The notes under the pieces were generated by a model. That model saw only the letters and a list, made by a program, of their open reading frames with translations. It was not told the origin of the DNA and ran no database searches. A stretch of 63,997 nucleotides of DNA, the filler included, from Trypethelium eluteriae (Eukaryota): the NCBI GenBank assembly GCA_051942245.1. It is 4 parts of 4 records of this genome, joined end to end, with 100 filler letters (N's around TTAATTAATTAA, not from the genome) between each part and the next. Parts side by side here need not be neighbours in the genome. Positions count along the whole stretch, not along the records: positions 16,815 to 33,514 come from JAVECL010000614.1; positions 33,615 to 50,288 come from JAVECL010000615.1; 2 more parts are not named here. The stretch is one strand, 5' to 3'. Shown one piece after another: positions 24,231 through 36,200 of the stretch; positions within the stretch are counted from its first letter, which is position 1, and each line of letters opens with the position of its first letter. A program made the position numbers and the translations under genes.

Positions 24231-27200
24231 TTATCTCGGGATTGGGAGCCTCCTGGACGATTCCTGATATTCCTTCCCCGCCTGATGCTGATGAATCTGC
24301 TTCTCCAGACTCGACTGCTGCAGCTGGGGCGCCGCCTGCTCATCCTTCAACACGCCCACCCCAACACCACTTCCGCTCTCCGCCCCACTCAAGGCGCTCG
24401 CAGATCGAGATCCCTGGCTCCCACTTGCCGCGCCTCCTCCACTACCACCGCTAAAGATCATCTTAACATGCTCCAACATGGTCTGCACCACCTTCCGCTG
24501 ATCCATCATATCCTCCATCTCCTGCTGCAGGCTGGGCGGGCGCATGATAGTCGGGGCAAACACGACGGACAGGTTATGCGGCGTCATGAGGTTCTCGCGC
24601 TCCTGCTCCATCACGCGCGCCAGATGCAGCATCAGCGTCTCGAGGACGTCGAAGTGGCAGCGCGGCAGCGTCGCCACCGCGCTACGCACCGTGTTCGCGC
24701 GCACGCTGCCATCCTCGATGTTGCGCACCGCCTCGATCAGGAGGTCGTACACCTCGGGCGCGATGAGGGGGACGGGTAGTTTGCGGAAGTACTGCTTGAG
24801 GGCGGAGGTGACGGCGTGGATGTCGAGGTCCGGGTCCGAGATGTCGTAGTCGGGGTCCTTCTCGAAGCCGAGCTGGATCACCTTGACTTGTCCGCTGCCG
24901 CCAGATTTGCGGTAGATGCCTTCTTGGTTCATGCCGCGGGCTTCGACTTCGGCGATGCAGTGCGTGACGATGGACGGGATCGGGAGGCGCTCGTGGTGGC
25001 AGCGGGAGGCGAGGTCGGAGCCGAAGAGGACTGTGCGGAGGTGAGTTAGTTAGGCAGTCAGTCACACCAGCAGTGAGCATTGAAATGGCATAGCGCAAGG
25101 AAAATCGATGGGGAGAATGGAAAATGGAGGTCTGAGTACATACCTGAAGGCGGCTCGGCAGCAACCAGATTCGAATTGCTGTTGACCTGTTTCAATCCCG
25201 CAGTCGCTGCGCCCTTGAGCGCGTTCCCACGCTCCCGCTCCTTCTGCGCATTGCCAAAGAAGGCTCCGAAACCAGGTGTCTGTCTCTCCCGGCTTCCTTG
25301 ATCGTGCGTGATCCTAGGCTGCGACCCTTCCCGCTCGCGCTCTCGAATTGTCGAGCTCGAGTCTGCCGAGTCGTGCCTTGGCATCTGCCCGTATGGTGTG
25401 CCCTCGAGATTGTAAACTCCATCCTTCGGCATCTGCCCCGATGGGAAGCGGTCGCCCGACGCAAAGGCGCCCTTGAGGCCTTTGGAAATGTTCTTGGCAA
25501 CGCCTTGACCGCCCTTCCGCCAGTTGAATTTCTTGGCCGCCTGAGGCTTATTGATCCTGACGAGCTGAGGTGCACCAAGGACGGTAGCAGATTCGCCGTC
25601 CTCGGGCCCCATGATTGTCGCTGCCAGAGGAGTTTCGACTACAGGAGTACTGGCGCTGCGCTGGTCTACATACGTCGAAGTAGTGGTTGATGATTCCGAT
25701 CTATTATCCTTCTGGTGATGGGTATAGATGCCCAGGCCATTCGCTGAGGGACGGCCACCATCGAACGAGTTCCCGGGTTGGCGGTTGGCCTTGTACAGAT
25801 CTTGGATGTTATGAACGAGTTGACCATTGAGCTCATTGAGCTGTTGGTTTTTTGTGCTCAGAGATTCGTACTCTTGGAAACCCTTGTCTTTCATCTGGAT
25901 TAGGTTAGAGATCTCATCAGTAAGTTCGTTTCGCCGGTGAATGAGATCTTCGATTTGTGAGCCTAGGCTGTCCTTGAGTTTCTGCAAAGAGCTTGCAAAC
26001 TCGGCGAGAATATCTGATTGCAGTTGTGTCAAATCGAGGGGCTTGCCGCTGTCCTTTGCCTTGCTGAGGTGGTCCGTCATTACCTCAAGCTCGCGAACAA
26101 CTATCTCTTTTTGAGTATCTAGGAAAGCCACAGTAGAGCGTTTTTGCCGCAATTCCGTGTTGACCTGCTGCATATCGGCGGATCCGTGGACCTTCTCCAG
26201 AAGTGCATTCTTTTCTGTTTCCAGCTCTGTGATCCTTGATTGTGCGCGGCGCAACTGGTTCTTCAGCTGGGATGTCTCTTCTTTTCCATCCGGACCCGAG
26301 AATGTCGGGCTACTGATCTCCATTGTGCCCGTCTTTGGTGAATTCCATTCATTGGTACCAGGCGATCTCCACTTTTGTGAACCCCTGTCACTGAAACTAC
26401 GTCCATGCTTGACAGCATTCGAAACCCGACGCATCATCGAACCATTGACCGTACCGTCCTCATTGCGTATTATCCGGGCCATCTCTTCTTCCATCGACAA
26501 TTCACCTGGCGCGCTATCCTCAGGAATGGTAGCCTGTGTTGCTGAGGGGAAACCCTCCGTGTATTCTGTTTGGATGCTACTGATCGAGCCATTAGCTTTG
26601 TGTCGCGAGTCAGAGGACGGGGCAGGTGGTGGAGCTCGAGGCGAAACGAAAGAATCGCCGGTTGGCAGGGCGTTAGTAGGTGAACGACGGCTGGCGCTAC
26701 GAGTTGGAGGGGCGGGTGGATCTAGCACACTCTTTGAAACCGGTGATTCTATAGGTTTGGAGATGGTGACACCACCATTAATCTTGGGGGAATTAGCAGG
26801 GAGCTCATATATAGCAGGAACGGACGAAGCAGAGCCTTTGCGATCGTGCCCTCTGTATGGCGAGGAACCTTGAGATTCGGTAAGGACTTTGGACATGGCA
26901 CTTTGTGGTACAGCACTTGAAGGCTGCGACCTCATGGCAGCGAGAGAGTCTCCTCGGGCGGGCCGCTCGACGTGAGAGTGTTTGGACATTTCCGGGGAAA
27001 TTTGCCGTGATTGCGCATCCTCGAAGTGAGTGTCCCCTGACCCTGCCGTCGCATCCGTTGGCAGTGGACCTTCAATCTGCATTTCAGCTGTGCTCGCCTT
27101 CTTAGATCCAGTGGTGTCAGCAGGTGATGTGGCAGATGGAGACCGTGTGGCATCCGATTTTGAGCTGCGGCGTGATTCAGCTTTCCGACTCTTGGGTACC

Positions 27201-28692
27201 TCCTGTAGTTTGAAGATGTCCGAGTTTGTAGAACTCCGTAGCGGATATGATTGAGGGTTGAGGTGTGGTCGTGGTCGCTCTTGCTTTTCAACTGTTGTAT
27301 CGGGAAGATCCGAAGCAGCAACGTGATTGTTCTGTTCCTTCCGTCTCTTCAAAGTCTCGACCTTCTCACTTGATGGTTGCCAGCCCTTCTCCTGATATGC
27401 AATATGTGGACTACTTGCCGGTTTGCTGTTTCCCGATGTCGATCTTGAGGACTCACGTTCCGCTGACGTCGATCGTGGCGACGAAGTAGATCCATTCTCC
27501 TTCATTACGTCTCTATGCGATGCGGAGTGAGGAACTCGACTGAAGTAATCCCTTGCAGCTTTTGTCTCTTCCGCAGTTGTGGCCGACTCGGTTCCATTTT
27601 CATTCAACTTGCGGCGTCGCGTGTGCGGAGCTGGTGTTGGAGCCGGATTGTTGTCGAGGGCAAGAGGGACAAAGAAACCATCATCCGCATTGGAGCCCTC
27701 CTGGTCCACATTGCCCAAAGACGAGTGTCTGCGCTCGTAAGTGCCTGATGGCAAAGAGTTGTCTAATTCTATTTCAGCATCACGCAACGACACAAAGACC
27801 ACCAGATCATCTGGGCCAATGCTCATACCTTTTCGAACAACATCACCGGGAGATGCTTCATGTTTGAGGTTCAACGTCGATGCTTCCTTCTTTGACCTTA
27901 ACCTTGGTTTGGGAGCGGGAGCAGGAGACATGTCGCTCGGAGTATCGATCTGACTGTCGGAGGGCGGGGTTTCCAACTCTGCAGGCAACAAAGCTGCAGC
28001 ATTCGGTGGTAACGCGGGTAAAGACTTCTCAAAGACACTCGTTCCTGTACCGTTGAGCGTTGAGGTATGTTGCCGTGATGCTTTCGATTTTTTCCGCCGT
28101 CGTGCCATTAATGATTCGTGGCAGGCCATGCAAAAAATTCCCTGCGAAGTGCGTGCATATCGAAGGTTTTCGATCTTCCGCTTGCAATTCCGACACTTGA
28201 AGCAACTCGCACAGAATGCTTGCTCTCCCGTGAGAATGGCGAGATCCTCGATTTTGAGCCCGCACGCGCTACAGCTGTATGTACAGTTATTACATATTAG
28301 TGATCCGTCGCCGAGAAGGAGGAGGTTCGCATCGGAGTCGAGAAGGGTGCCGCAAGTATTACACCGGAAGCAGTCGATATGCCATCGATTGCCAGCTATA
28401 CTAATGTTAGCCGATGAGGCACAGAATCTTGAATCAAGATGACTGGCGGTTGTATCAGGCAGTGATGGCCCTGATCAGCAGCACAGCCGTGTCCGTGTGG
28501 GGGCATACCTAATTCAAAAGCTTTGCCTTCCTCCAATATCTATTCCATGTATATTAGTCCTCCATGCCTGTTGTTGCCAGCTATCAGATTTGAGCGTACC
28601 TCTCCACAGCCTTTGCACGGGAACACGACTTCATCTGGATCTGCCATTGGAGTTTCCATGGGCGTCTCAGGGAAGACCTCCGGCGATTCCAT
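24231..28692 (-). CDS. Rho GTPase-activating protein with two N-terminal LIM domains, coiled coil and C-terminal RhoGAP domain (Rga1/Rga2-like)
   Basis: FPCKGCGE|ILEEGKAFEL|AGNRWHIDCFRCNTC...CSACGLKIEDLAILTGEQAFCASCFKCRNC (LIM domains); EGIYRKSG arginine finger; LKQYFRKLPVPLI; NLMTPHNLSVVFAPTI. Three introns. Confidence 0.93.
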
Positions 28693-31600
28693 GTTGAGCC
28701 TCAGGAGTCATACGGCCCGCCGAGGTGATGACTTCTCCTGACGGTTGAGCTGTCGATGCTAGATTCGGAGGGTAGCGAAGGGAGATGGAGGATGCGCAGA
28801 GCTCCGGTGTCGCGTTCTGCAGGACGAGAAGGAAAGTGAGCGAGCGTGTGCACCAGCAAAAGTTAGTAAGTTTCAGTACTGTGGGGTATCGCAATTGAAG
28901 TGAACGGGGTCCGCTCGGGGGAAGCTGGCGCGGTCTGCCACCCGACTCGGCTGCGCCTGGACGGTGGCCGTGGTCGGAGGAGAATAAAGAATAGGTAGGT
29001 AGAGGACAGCGAGCGGAGATGCAATGGTAGCGTGGAGTTGAGGCAGAGGCCAGCCCTTCCTCTGACAGCAGCACGAGCGGAGAGGGTAGAGGAAGCCGGG
29101 GGATTGCAGGGTTAGGCGGGCGTGTCCTCAGTGCTCAGCAAGCGATGCTGCAAGAGGGTTGGGAACTGGGACTGGGGACTGGGAGTCTGGTAACACCGGG
29201 ACTGGGGGGGATAGATGAGTGTACCGAACAGGCAAAGCCCTGGGCCCGGGCGAGTCTGAAACGAAGACGGTTCTTAGTACAGCAATACGGGCTCGTTCTC
29301 GTCTTCTGCTTGGGTCGTGGCCACCCTGGCGTTGGATTGTGGGATCGTGGGATCGTGGGATTACTGAAGGGTGGAAGGTTACATGGTCCTCCTCTGCAAT
29401 ACTCATCGGAGGTACGCAATGACGGTCGCAGTGATGGTCGCAATGGTTGACGAGGGAGCATGTATGAACATGCTCATTGATTTGAGCCTTTCCGGCACCA
29501 TCTCCCGCGGCTGGCGGCCAGTGGCTGACGATGAGCGGTCCATTGGTTGACGTGCTGAAGCTAATAGCAGCAGATCTGACATATTAAAAAACTTGTTCGC
29601 TCAGCGCGCGAACCATTTCCACCCTTTCCCTTCCACGCCTTTCCCCTTCGCTCCACCCCGCAGGCCAAGCCGAACACCACCAAATCACCGAATCATCCCA
29701 AATCATCCACTCGTCCCAAATCGTCCCAATCAATCTAGCTCTCACCCTGCATCACCAATCACCACAACGCCCTGTCCACCATCAAAAGTCTGCCTTCTAA
29801 GTTCCGCCTACGCCTCTGCCGTCGACCTTGCTGTATGTACGGAAGAGTACACTTTTGTCTCACTCAGGGGCAGAGTCAGATAGTTACGCATACTCTACGC
29901 CTAAAAATATCGTCCACGTTGAGTTGTACGTAGGTGCGTACATCATTTCGCTCCGGAGTGAGTCGATGCCGGGATGGTCAGGGGTAGCGCAGTTCCCGCG
30001 TGTTTGCTTAGGTACGATGACAGGTCACTACTGTACTAATGACTGTGGTGTCGATGATGGAATGATAGGATGATGGGTGAGCCAGGTGTTCCTGGCCCGA
30101 TCATGTCAGCCCTCTCCACGAGCCAAAGGCGATCGGAAGGGCGGATCAATGGGTGAATGGGGTACATCGGGGGATCAGGAATCACGACGATCGTGCTGAG
30201 TCCCTTGTGTCTCCACTGCGTCCAGCACGGCCCAAGGAGATTTAAGGTTGCTGGCGCAATGCGCGTCTCTAGCGCCCGTACTCTACATAAAGGTACAGAT
30301 CCGACGGATGTGTGTCCAGACCTTGACACGACTCTTTTCTTTTCGCCTCGGTCGAGTAAAGACTTCGGATCTACGGTCAGCATGCTTGACTGCACCCGAA
30401 ATTGCTTTTGAAACGAATCCGCCCGCCCCCCTGCCCTCTTAAGCTTCTTCTGCTTCCGTAGCTACGGTCAGGCGACGAGCATGTTTCATGTTTGCGAGAC
30501 GACACACCCTGGTGCCTCGTAAGAGCCTCATTCATAGTGGCGTTATGTACAAAGCAACATGTCCTGTATTAGAGTCTTGTGCAGTCTTGTGGGGTATCTC
30601 GGTCATTTTAGATATTTCCGCTGTCTGTCAGTTCTATTAGCCCCCGAATCCTCTAAGATTCCACCAGCAGCCATACTGAAGTCAAAACGACTAAGAGACG
30701 CAACAAAGCATTCTTGGCCGGCATCAGACCAACTCTTGGGTAAGCAGCGGTGAGCACAGGAGTAACGTGGACTTGACGTGTTCTATCCCTGGTGGTGAGG
30801 TTGCTGAGTTGAGCCACAGCCAACGCGTTTCAGGCGTGCATGCTTCAAGATCCTGCCGTCTTAGGAGCGCTTGCCAAAACTGAACATGATACCATCCCTT
30901 GGTCTTTCCCCGGTCCACGGGCATCGGGACGGGCAAAGGGACAAAACCAATACAGATTCGCAATAATCGAGGATCATAAATCTTACCACTCGCTTGTGGA
31001 GTATGTTCTTCACGTTTCCTTCCGCAGTGCCTACGCCCTACTGCAGTTGTTTCAATACACCTCTCAGTCTTGACGGCATCACCTTCTGATCTGAGTTGCA
31101 TACCTTGACCTATAATACGTAGACCCCTGACAGCTCGACACGTTGAGGGCGTCTCAGTTTTTTGTGGTGCCTGCCATCGGACATGACATGCTTTCACCAT
31201 GGCCCCAAGAAATCCCTCACTCCAGCAAGCCCATGCTTGGTATCCATAATCCAAGCTTACCCTAAGGATGACATCCACCCAGCCCTACCTATTCATGACA
31301 TGCGGATCCGTGCAGGGCCAGTCGAACACGAACCACATGCTCGTAGAGTCATATCCCTAGCTGCAAGCGCCTCAGCTGTTCTCGACTGTTGCTTTCGACC
31401 TTGTCCATAGAAGGTGTTAGGCTTACGTGCTGCAAAGCATTGAGATGGCCCATGCCTACCATGATTCTTAGATCAACGCTGAGAGAAAGCGTTCTTCATT
31501 TCATCGACCAAATTGTTAGGCTAGAGTTAACAGTAGCTTTTTCCCACAATTATCCGTGAGGTCAATGGCCATCCAGATTGCGATCTTGTACTCTTTCAAT

Positions 31601-32408
31601 CCATAACTTCAATGAAACCGTTGTCCATCGTACGGTAGCGAACATGCGATTCGATTGTAAGTCGCTATTGGGATACTGAGAAGATCTGTCATATTCGTTT
31701 GCTTGGAGGAGAGTTCTGCAGTAGAGCCGAAGTACCCAAGTAGTCTTCGAAGCATAAGAAGGATTAGAAGGACCCACTTCAAATCTCCGCCTATTTTACC
31801 TGTCTCACTCCACAGTCCAGGCTCGGGATTGCCTTAGCTACCTTACTCTTCAGGGCCATTCTGTTATCTTGTCATTTGCTATTTTGCTGATTTCTAGGCA
31901 ACAGTCGGCGCCATAAACATTTCCGCTCTGTAGGGCGACTGCGGGCCTCATCTCGTAAGGAGTCTCGCGGACCAGTCGACGGTCGCACATCCGGGATAGA
32001 CAAACATCAACCAGGCGAAGATAGTTTACGTAGAATTGTTGGAAGCCTGGATCTTGCTTAACACAACTCTTTCTTGACTGGCGCTAAATCTCTGTAGGAG
32101 CATAGGACCCAGGAATGGGCCATTAAGGGGATTACATCCAGCCATAGCCATAACTCCGTCGGAATGTTCCGCTGAATCGTCGTGTCAGAACACCGACTGA
32201 GGATCACCGTTACATCAACTACTGTAACCCGTGTACAATTCGCAGCAGACAATGTTATGTCTTCGTGATTTCGGTCCATCATCAAATACGCAGAAACAAG
32301 TTTTAACCCTCCGACAATTAGGGGCATAGCCTCCCGGATTTTGCGAACTGTGACTCCGATTCTCCGTTCCAACAGTCCAACGTGCATAAGATCCAGATTT
32401 TCGAAAGG

Positions 32409-32416
32409 TATAAATA
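32409..32416 (+). promoter_or_regulatory. Probable TATA box of the SDR gene
   Basis: TATAAATA about 100 nt upstream of ATG 32508. Confidence 0.55.
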
Positions 32417-32507
32417 AGCTTGCTCCCGTTGCATTTTGCTGTGGAGAAGCTATCGAGTCAAATTGTAATCGGATTAATCAGATAAATTTCAAAGGGTCAA
32501 AGTCAGA

Positions 32508-33514
32508 ATGTCTGACAAGCACATCGTACTTATTACTGGTGCGAATACCGGCATTGGTATTCACCTCTATCCCTACAGCTTTTCATTCCCAAGCTGACGT
32601 CTATACAGGTTATGAAGTGGTGAAAGCGCTTGCGTCTTCTTCACATGCGTACCATATTCTTGTCGGGTCTCGTTCTATAGACAACGGAGACAAAGCAATT
32701 GCCGAGGTGAAGAAAGAGGCACCAAACACGACCAGCACCTTTGCAGTCATTCAAGTCGATGTCTCAAGCGACGACTCAATTAGAAAAGCCGTTGATCAAG
32801 TAAAAGCAAGTCTGGACCGTATTGACACGCTCATCAATAATGCTGGTGCGTCCAATTTCTTCTTTCCAGCAGGGTTCCGCCAATCCTCTCAGTATAACCC
32901 TTCTATACGTTACTATAGCATAAACCCCTAACTCTTTCCAATCCAATCTTTCCGCAAAAGAGCAAGGAGCACAAAGAGAACCAGTCGCTTTCACGAAAGA
33001 TCTTGCGCTTGCCCCCCAAAATTTCCTATCCCCCAACTTACATGACACGCCCCAAATGAACCACCGCTCACCCTCTCACCAACAGGCTGGTCTCCCGACC
33101 AACAAATCGCCTCCGGCAAGCTCACAACCCGCCAAGCCTGGAACGCGGGCTACGACGTCAACGTCTCGGGGACGCAAGTCATGACCGAAACCTTCATGCC
33201 GCTACTCCTCGCCTCCACCACAACCCCACGCCTCCTGTTCATCACGTCCGGCCTATCCAGCCTCGCCGGCGCCGCCGACCCGAACTCAATGCGCTACACG
33301 AACCCGCCTGCGGGCTGGCCGAAGCCGCCCGGCCCCGTCTTCGTTGCGTATCGCAGTTCGAAGACCGCGCTGAACATGCTGATGCTCGACTGGGCGCGCA
33401 TCCTGAAGAACGATGGCGTCAAGGTGTGGTCGATTAGCCCGGGGTTCTTGGCGACGGGGTTGGGCGCGGTGGGCGCGGATGCGTTGAGGTCGATGGGGGC
33501 GGGCGAGCCGAGGG
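32508..33514 (+). CDS. Short-chain dehydrogenase/reductase, 3' truncated by the gap
   Basis: MSDKHIVLITGANTGIG|YEVVKAL (TGxxxGxG), LINNAG, catalytic YRSSK (YxxxK) and SISPGFLAT. Introns about 32557-32608 and 32846-33085. Confidence 0.92.
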
Positions 33515-33614
33515 NNNNNNNNNNNNNNNNNNNNNNNNNNNNNNNNNNNNNNNNNNNNTTAATTAATTAANNNNNNNNNNNNNNNNNNNNNNNNNNNNNN
33601 NNNNNNNNNNNNNN
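33515..33614. other. Assembly linker (N44-TTAATTAATTAA-N44)
   Basis: Same linker as at 16715. Confidence 0.98.
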
Positions 33615-33786
33615 GGTGGTAGGAGACGGAGAGGCGGCGTTTGTGGTGGTTCAGAATGTGAGCGGAGTGGCGGAGGAGGATTGTCAGGAAGTGGTGCTAG
33701 AGGGGAGAGGGGAGGGAAGGGAGGGAGTGGCTGTGGAGTTGGAGGTTGGAGAAGAGGGGGAAGGAAGGATTAAGGCGAAGTTGTGA
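33615..33786 (+). CDS. C-terminal fragment of a probable ureidoglycolate lyase (Dal3-like), ending in PTS1-like AKL
   Basis: VVGDGEAAFVVVQNVSGVAEEDCQEVVL resembles the fungal FVVVQ...GV.EEDCQEV motif. Ends IKAKL* (TGA 33784-33786). Not in the ORF track. Confidence 0.65.
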
Positions 33787-34242
33787 GATGTGATCAGAGA
33801 CTTGTTTGGTGAGATTGAAGGGGATCGCAATTACATAGGTATCTTTCTAAAAATTTCGAAAATTTCCCTTTAGTTGTTAAACTAAAGACTCACAACGTTT
33901 CGCAGACGGGTTTACATGCACTGCATGAAACACTTGCCCAACCAGGTGCAAAACAATGTCGTACTGTATCACCATGTCTAGAGCTTTACGCGAGACTTCA
34001 CAAATTGAAGCGACATCTTGAGAGACACTGTTAATTTGGCGATAGACATTGAGGCTCGATTGACCGGTTGCCTGTAGATGATCTATCACTTGCCAACCTA
34101 GCCTGCCACTCGCCGTCTCATTCTTGCAAATGTTTTTCCTGGTATGAACTTACCATTAATTTTGTTTTTGTATACAATAATCAATGGTGGTATCAATGGT
34201 AGTTCCAGGTCCGACCAAAGCCAGTTACCCCGGGTCCCACAG

Positions 34243-35399
34243 CTATAACTCAATTTTCGATTCATCAGCACCGTTCACCGTCATTCGTATCTCATCGCAT
34301 CGTTTCGGCTCGCGACAATTCCAGGGCACTTCCTGCCTGACTCTAGCGTACATTGCCGCTCCCACACTCGCAGCCCAGGTCGGGTCAACGGCTGCACTGA
34401 CCTGCATGTCTTCGACTCTGCTCATTGCTAGCGCACCTTTAAGCGCGTCCTGGAACTCCTGCATACCCGCATTCTCCCCCATCAGCACCAAAGCGCTGAT
34501 TTTCCTGCTCTTGGCTTCCAACTCTTGCACAAATGATCTCACCCTCATCCCCACATCCCGCCAATATCCATCTTCCTCCTTCTCGTCAATCTTCCTCTTC
34601 TCTTTCCACCCCAGGTCCGGCCATACAGCATGCCAGTCCCCTGTCGTCTCAAACGCATATCCCACCCTTGCTATCGCGGCTCCCAGCGTCTCATTCGTGT
34701 ACGTCACGCCCAGCACCGTCTCCAGCGGGATCTCGCCCTCCTCCGCCTCCTCCCAGCACGCGTACGGGTCTCTCCACTGCTTGCAGAGCCCCCTTCCGTT
34801 TCCAGCGTACGCGGCGTTCAGCGCATACAGCATCGTAGGGTACGGCAGGGGGTACTCCAGCCACGATCGCAAGCCCGAATATTCGATCGCGTCCTGCACG
34901 TCTTCGCGGGTCAGACCGGGGAATTGTGGGGTCGTCACCACGACGCGATCGAGGGACGAAGAGAGGTGGGCTTCAGTGGAAGCATGGAGGGTGGAGAGGA
35001 GAGTGCTGAGGATGCCGACGGCAGGAGTGGCGGGGCGCCCAAGGCGCTTGTTGAGGCGGCGGCGAATGCGAGAGACGAAGTTGGAAGATGGGGAGTGGGT
35101 GGTGAGGGAAAGTTTTGTCAAGAGTGCGGTATACTCGGAAGTTGCGGGTGCCAAAGCGATGTGGTCAATCGTGCCATTGTGATGCTCCACTGAAGCTGTT
35201 CTAGCCAGATATCAGCGATCTATGGATCGTAGAGATTTCAAAGTGCTGACCCGTATGATGTTGTTAATTCAAAACCTACGCCTGGAGCTTCTCGGACTGA
35301 TGCTGGAAGACAGGACTCGCATCGTGGGAGGGGGCAATCATATGCGATCACGAACGCTGTCAAACAAAAGGCTGTAAGAATATGTGGTATCGATTTCAT
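34243..35399 (-). CDS. Signal-peptide protein with a divergent Hsp70/actin-like ATPase (NBD) domain and no substrate-binding domain
   Basis: Exon 1 MKSIPHILTAFCLTAFVIAYDCPLPRCESC...GVGFELTTSYG is spliced (intron about 35202-35250) to TASVEHHNG. Segments TEAHLSSSLDRVVVTTP, ISALVLMGE and VDPTWAASVGAAMYA resemble Hsp70 NBD motifs by eye. Ends KIEL. Confidence 0.72.
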
Positions 35400-36200
35400 G
35401 GTGTATGCTTGTTCATGGTAAATTATTCACTAAACCGCCACACTATCTTGGCGCCGGCGAACTTTTGAGGCATCTCTTATGTCTGCCTGATCGATGCAGG
35501 TGTTAAGTTGCTGGAGATCTCCCGTTGTTGTGACTCGTTTGTGTCTCGGTTGTCATTTGGTGACTTGTAACGTCAGTGCTGTCTTGGCGACGGCTGTGCT
35601 CGTTGTTTTTAGGTTGATCATGACCCCTACCACCACTACCTACTACCTCGCCCCTACCATATAATAACCTATACAAGTAGCGCTCAAAGCGAAAGGAGAC
35701 AGGTAGCTACAGGGATGCCCTTGCTATGAGAAGCCCCATTGACATCGAGCTGCTGGTAACCAACACGCCCAACTCTTTCCACTTCACGTCGGTTAAGTCC
35801 AACATGTTTCAAACTGAGAAATCTTTCCATATTCGTCTGCACTATAGCGGTTTTCGTCATGTCCGTGAATAGGAGTGGCAAATGCGCCCTACTCCAATAT
35901 CAAAGTTTAGGGCTGATAATCTTCGCGCTCACGGCTCGAAGAGGCTGAAATATGGTACTAGATATATACGGCTACAAAACACCGCCATCTACTATTTGAA
36001 GCTCTTTACGAGTTACACAAAAACTTCACACGAGTACGTATTGATCATCTTCTCCATCATTGAATCTTTCTTCAAATCAGTCGTTTCCACCCTTTACACC
36101 ACCAGTAGTGTGACTTATCTCCTTCAATCGACGGGCCAAATCTTATTATTCATATAATCTTCTTAAAGACGCTCAAAGAATCTTTACACTCTAATCTACG

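Noticed and set aside
17924..33786. Purine-catabolism cluster (allantoate permease plus ureidoglycolate lyase)
   Set aside because: The two genes lie on different contigs separated by a linker, and permease specificity is unknown.
34184..35182. 332-aa + strand ORF and similar long antisense ORFs (26157-26873, 54740-55429, 51251-51742)
   Set aside because: Shadows of real genes on the opposite strand in codon-biased DNA; no motifs of their own.
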